From positions 2,418,001-2,482,000 of the forward strand of contig OZ374564.1 in assembly GCA_977862235.1 (NCBI GenBank): a stretch of DNA of 64,000 nucleotides, given 5' to 3'. This document shows positions 59,655 to 64,000 of the stretch, piece by piece. The notes beneath the pieces were generated by a model. The model was given only the letters and a program-made list of their open reading frames with translations, was not told the origin of the DNA and did no database searches. The DNA comes from Dudresnaya verticillata (lineage: Eukaryota). Position numbers and translations under genes: made by a program. Every line of letters begins with the position of its first letter. The first letter of the stretch is position 1.

Positions 59655-61145
59655 ATGGCGCCGCCACACTTGGCGTATGGAGCCGCAGGCTCTAGTGCGA
59701 ATGTCTTGGGACATGAGGTGGACGCGGCGGGTGTGCCGATAGCGATCTCCCACAGCCGCGACTGGCTCTTGAGTACTGACTTAACACATCTAAAGATGCG
59801 GGCGGGAGCTAGTCGCGAGGAGGTCCGCCGCATTGGGGGGAGGATGGCTCAGAGCCGGGTTGAGAAACGCCTCATGCGCACGCGTGTTGGCATCTTGACC
59901 GGTACCAACCGGTTCCTCCCGCGCCTTGATGGCGACGCAGACCCCCTGCAATGGGAACTTGCCTATGTGCGCTTCCGGTATGAGATTGCGTCGAGCAATG
60001 CGCTGAAGCAGAAGTTAACTTCGCAGGCCGCCCTTTTGTATGAGATTCACCAGGGTGGAGAGTGGGACCTTCGACTCGTCATGCATGAGCGTCCACTCAT
60101 TCGGAAGGGGAGGCATAACTTCCCGTATACAATGGCCCGCGTGGTGCGGTGGGATGAGTCATCCAACTTAACATACGCCCTGGATAACCCCCAGACGGCT
60201 ATGCCGTTGGAGCATTCCCGCTTCGAGCGAAAGCAACGCCACAAAACAGGGTGTCTCATCCCTTGCCATTGCCAAGAGGTGACGGCTATCAAGCCGGAGT
60301 GGTATAACGGGAAGTATCCGCAAGTACCTGATGACCGCAAGAACTTCGAGGTTTCGTACTCCATGCCAGGCGGTACTCCGACAATTATCGCGTACCTTGG
60401 TCTAGAGATGATGGCGAAAACCATAGATGACAGCGTGCTCTGGAACATTTATCGCCATGAGTGGGTCGTTCTCGTCACTCAGACGCTGGTGTATGAGGCG
60501 TGTCGCGGCATGCTATATTTCATCTGCCAACCATTGCGGGCAGCAATTCAGGAGTTAGGCCTCAAGGACTTAACTGCTGACGCAGCAGACGAAAAGGACT
60601 TAGACGCTCTGCTCATCTTTGTCGAACGTATTAGCTGGAGCGAAGTTACCAAGCGCAACCGACATCTACCAGATAACACTGGTCATCTGACGCCGGTTTA
60701 CAACCGTGGGGACTGGGTCGGTTTTGATCCACAGAAGTGGCACGCGATGTTACCGGAATATCTTATAAAGCCGGAGCCATCCGAGGCGAATCCGCTCATC
60801 CTTGACGAGGGCACTCGTATGACCGGAGTGACAGCCGGGTGGGTTTGTTCCCGTTGGCGTGAGCCGGGTCCCGAAGCCCCCGAGCACTTTCCCGTTTTCG
60901 ACGAGACGGTCGACGGGCAGTTCCAGGGACCTCATGCTCCTGCGGCTACGGGATTCTCCAAAGCGGACCACGTCATACGAGACGTCTTTAACCGACGTGG
61001 GTTAGCCATTAGGCTAGCATGCCATTGGAACCTTCGACACCTCAATGTGCACAGCCTCGCGGACTGGGTTGAAGAAGCGATGGTGGACAACGAGTCCAAT
61101 TGGCTTCAGATGCCTGGGTCGTTTGACCAGCTAGAGCGTCTGTGA
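59655..61145 (+). CDS. Antisense extra ORF of the family C-type element, C-terminally truncated (496 aa)
   Basis: ATG-initiated, uninterrupted, colinear homolog of 29689-31889. Ends at the junction with the gag fragment. Confidence 0.85.
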   Translation: MAPPHLAYGAAGSSANVLGHEVDAAGVPIAISHSRDWLLSTDLTHLKMRAGASREEVRRIGGRMAQSRVEKRLMRTRVGILTGTNRFLPRLDGDADPLQWELAYVRFRYEIASSNALKQKLTSQAALLYEIHQGGEWDLRLVMHERPLIRKGRHNFPYTMARVVRWDESSNLTYALDNPQTAMPLEHSRFERKQRHKTGCLIPCHCQEVTAIKPEWYNGKYPQVPDDRKNFEVSYSMPGGTPTIIAYLGLEMMAKTIDDSVLWNIYRHEWVVLVTQTLVYEACRGMLYFICQPLRAAIQELGLKDLTADAADEKDLDALLIFVERISWSEVTKRNRHLPDNTGHLTPVYNRGDWVGFDPQKWHAMLPEYLIKPEPSEANPLILDEGTRMTGVTAGWVCSRWREPGPEAPEHFPVFDETVDGQFQGPHAPAATGFSKADHVIRDVFNRRGLAIRLACHWNLRHLNVHSLADWVEEAMVDNESNWLQMPGSFDQLERL

Positions 61146-61989
61146 TCAACGCCAGGCGTTGTTAATGCCACAAGGGCGTCATTCCTCGACTGGTCAACTT
61201 CTTGGGAAAGCGTTCACACAGTATCGTGGACTTCCTGGACACGCTCGACCAGCGAATTAACTGGAATGCGAAGCGTCGCGAGTCCTTCCTCTTGCGGGAT
61301 GCCGGGGTTTCCAAGACGAATTCGAGACAACATCACCTCTTGACATCTGGTCAGTACTTCCTCATTCTGGCCAACGGCCGACTCATCGATATAACGTTTG
61401 ATTCTCGAGAGTGACTCGTCCACCTGGACTTCTAAAGCTGCTGCCAGCTCGGGACCGACCGTCCGTTCTATTCCATCTTGGATCACCTTCCGATCTCTTG
61501 CTCCGTGAAGCACCGTTCGTCGGAAGAATTGGCCTTCGTCCGGATAGGCATCCCAATGTCCGGGGGAAGGCTTGACTCGGTCGGAGTGAATCCTCGGGTG
61601 TTTACCGACGGCGGCAACATGCCCGTAGACTCAGGCGTTCGGGTATTGCGATCCATACTTTCACTCGAGACTTTAATACTCGCTTCTACTCGAGGTGTAA
61701 TGGTTGCAACCCGTTCTTCTTCGTTCAAGGCCTGGTCTCCGCCGGAGCCGGGCAATTCTTCTTGAGCTATCCGAGCCGATAACTCCATTTCTTCAGGCAC
61801 GCTTCCCGCTTGATCACGGGGAGGACGTCCCAGGGTACCCGATGAGGGGCTGCGAACTAAGGCGGTTACTGCCATAGTTTCACGGGTGATCACCCCGGTC
61901 AGCCGGACGGAAGATAAGCTCGCCGTTTGGCTGTTGGTGCGACGATCTGTGAGGCCAGATCGCGTGGTTTCGCCATTTGAGGTAGGCAT
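61137..61989 (-). pseudogene. gag: 5' fragment of family A gag
   Basis: MPTSNGETTR...GIERTVGPELAAALEVQVDE is nearly identical to 20070-20890. Confidence 0.9.
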
Positions 61990-62262
61990 GGCGCCTGAGT
62001 ACACTTACTCGCCCGTTTTCGGCTTGATAGCTGCCCGTGGGAGTATACCGTTCCGGACGGACAGATGAACGAGCCGTAGCTTTCGGATGTGCCGATGAGG
62101 GCGGGGGACAGTTTCCCCCAGGCTTTCACTGTACAGTCCGTACTTCTCTTGTTTTCCGTCTTGACCTTGACGCTTCTTGGGGAATCGTCCCGTGGTTGAA
62201 GCGGTTGAAACCAGAAAATTCGAAAAGATTGTAGCAACAATGGAAGGGAACCGACCTAAAAA

Positions 62263-62283
62263 CGATTCTAGGTCGGGAGACCA
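62263..62283 (-). promoter_or_regulatory. Primer-binding site
   Basis: TGGTCTCCCGACCTAGAATCG on the minus strand, identical to 19771-19791. Confidence 0.88.
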
Positions 62284-62284
62284 C

Positions 62285-62950
62285 TGTAGCAGTATGGCAC
62301 CGGCCAGGAACAGCAAAGAACAAGAAAGGAAGCTGTCCGATATCACACGCTAATGGGTGGTAGCTCGAAGGAGGTTTGGTAGAGGCTTGAATGGAGGCGA
62401 GCCCTGATGGCCCGAAAGGGGCGTGTGGAAGCACGGTAAAGACTCGGCGCGACCAACTGAGGGAAAATATAGAGGTGGCGACCCGGTACTTCGTAGAGTA
62501 CTTGTCCTACGATTTCCGGGCCTGTACTGGACGACCCCTGCAGGCGCGGAGCGTCCGAACGACCAAAACGTGAACACTTTCCGAACAACTCCGCTGAGCG
62601 TTTATTCTGAAGGCGCCGGCTATTCCGGCGCCCATAAGTAGGGCTTGACCGCCGAAAAGTCTATCAGCCCAGAAGGGGGTCTAAGTTAGTCTATGATTAT
62701 AGTTACGTACCTTATTACAGTCAGTACGATGTAAATAAGGGAATGCGTTCCAGTTAGGGAACTTGGTGGCGGGTGTGCCGGTGTTCAATCCAGATGTGGA
62801 AGAATGAGCCGCAGCAGAGTGCTGGCACACTGTCAGTCATGTGTGCGCATTAAGGTGTAAGACGCCCACTCGCATCAAACTGTAAGGCGCGCACAAGCGC
62901 CGTGCGCTGTAAGGACGATGCGCCCCGCTGGCGTCCCTGTTCGTACCAAA
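62285..62950 (-). repeat. Family A-type 5' LTR with a divergent U3 end
   Basis: 62285-~62790 matches LTR A. The remainder is unrelated but CTGTAAG-rich and ends near GTACCAAA. The outer boundary is uncertain. Confidence 0.7.
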
Positions 62951-63008
62951 ATTGATGGCAAAGTGCCATTGGTCAGTTTATTGTGACCGCTCACGCGGCC
63001 CGATGTGG

Positions 63009-63690
63009 TGTAGTGAAAGGAACACCTGTAAGGAGAGCTGATCAGGCAATCCCAATAAGGAGTGATCTCACACGGCACCGGGGTGGTAGAGCTTAGTTCG
63101 TAGACCGAAGGGAGTACCTCGAGCGGCAACACCTGTAAGGAGTAAAGGGACGCAACAGACAAGGGGACGGTACAGTGGCAGGACAGCTACACCGGGACGG
63201 AGGCAAGAGGAATCCGTGCACGGGGCTGGCGAGGGGAAACCGTAAAGGAGTATGAGGGTAAGACTTAGAGTAAGTCATTTTGCCCAGGGTTGCGTACCCG
63301 TTTACTGTAGGACTCGCGGGGGCCACCCAATAATATACTGGGAGATACGCCCCGCGGTCTGGTCCGTGTGGGCCAGACCCCAATGGGTCTAGTCCACCAG
63401 GTGGGTCCGGCCCTACTGGTCCCGGCCACCGTTGCGGACATGCTCGGCATTCTCATTGGCCGGCTAACACTACGTACTGTACAGCATCATTACAATTACC
63501 TAATTACAAATAAACCAACTACTTGGCTCCTATTGGTGGTGCGCGCAGACACCAGCAGGGCAGACAGTGCGCTACTATGTCGCTGCACTCCCGCTTCGGC
63601 TTTTGGGGCGCGCCTAGCAGAGCGCGGGTTGTCGACGGTCGCACGTCGGCTCGCCCGCCGTCCGCACTCCGAAACGGCCACTTCACCACA
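63009..63690 (-). mobile_element. 3' LTR (family F) of a minus-strand element extending beyond the window
   Basis: TGTAGTGAA...TTCACCACA termini. Adjacent GACCCCCCTCCTT is the minus-strand PPT AAGGAGGGGGGTC. Confidence 0.75.
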
Positions 63691-64000
63691 GACCCCCCTC
63701 CTTAAATGGCGACACATCCTCGTGCGCCACAGCACGTCTTCTAAAAATCCACTCAGGTGTATCCAACAACGGAGCGAACATCATCAGTGCACTCCACCTT
63801 AGGCAAGTCGACCAACGTGCAAGGCCAACCCGGTGTGCCGCTTGCGATGGCGGGCGGTAACAATGACCGCGCACGGGGCCCCTTCCAACCGACACGGCGT
63901 ACACCTTCTGTGGGATCGGCTCCTGCACCAGAGGCAGAAGAGATATGAGGCGGCGGGCCCGCGGATACCATATCGGGGTTTGTGGCAGCAACGAGCGCAA

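Larger units (their letters stand above)
57439..62950 (-). mobile_element. Chimeric, internally deleted gypsy element: family A-type 5' end joined to family C 3' end
   Basis: A-type LTR/PBS/5' gag (62285-61137) abuts the antisense ORF, PPT and C-type LTR. No pol and no matching TSD. Confidence 0.8.

Overview
Eukaryotic, transposon-rich genomic DNA. GT-AG introns, the gene families and the element types suggest a multicellular red alga, but this is inference only. The window has two nests of transposable elements (about 1-33.6 kb and 56.5-64 kb) around a gene-containing island. The left nest holds a decayed minus-strand Ty3/gypsy element ('family C', 637-9725) carrying nested LTRs, and a Mutator-like DNA transposon (MULE, 11058-33603, ~190-bp TIRs, 9-bp TSD CCGAACAAG). 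The MULE encodes a Ulp1-protease / zinc-finger / MULE / SWIM polypeptide and a convergent RGG-rich accessory gene. A chromodomain gypsy element ('family A', 18965-32059, TSD CCGCG) has inserted into that accessory gene and was itself hit by two ~900-bp solo LTRs. The gene island contains a secreted YfaP-like protein, two secreted Cys-rich proteins, a three-exon GT61 glycosyltransferase and a GPR1/FUN34/YaaH acetate transporter. The most interesting observation is that two diverged gypsy families each carry a long, conserved, uninterrupted antisense ORF that I cannot assign to any family, located between pol and the 3' LTR. These elements also have tRNA-Tyr-like primer-binding sites and a dUTPase-like spacer in pol. 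Family letters are my own labels, and all alignments were done by eye.
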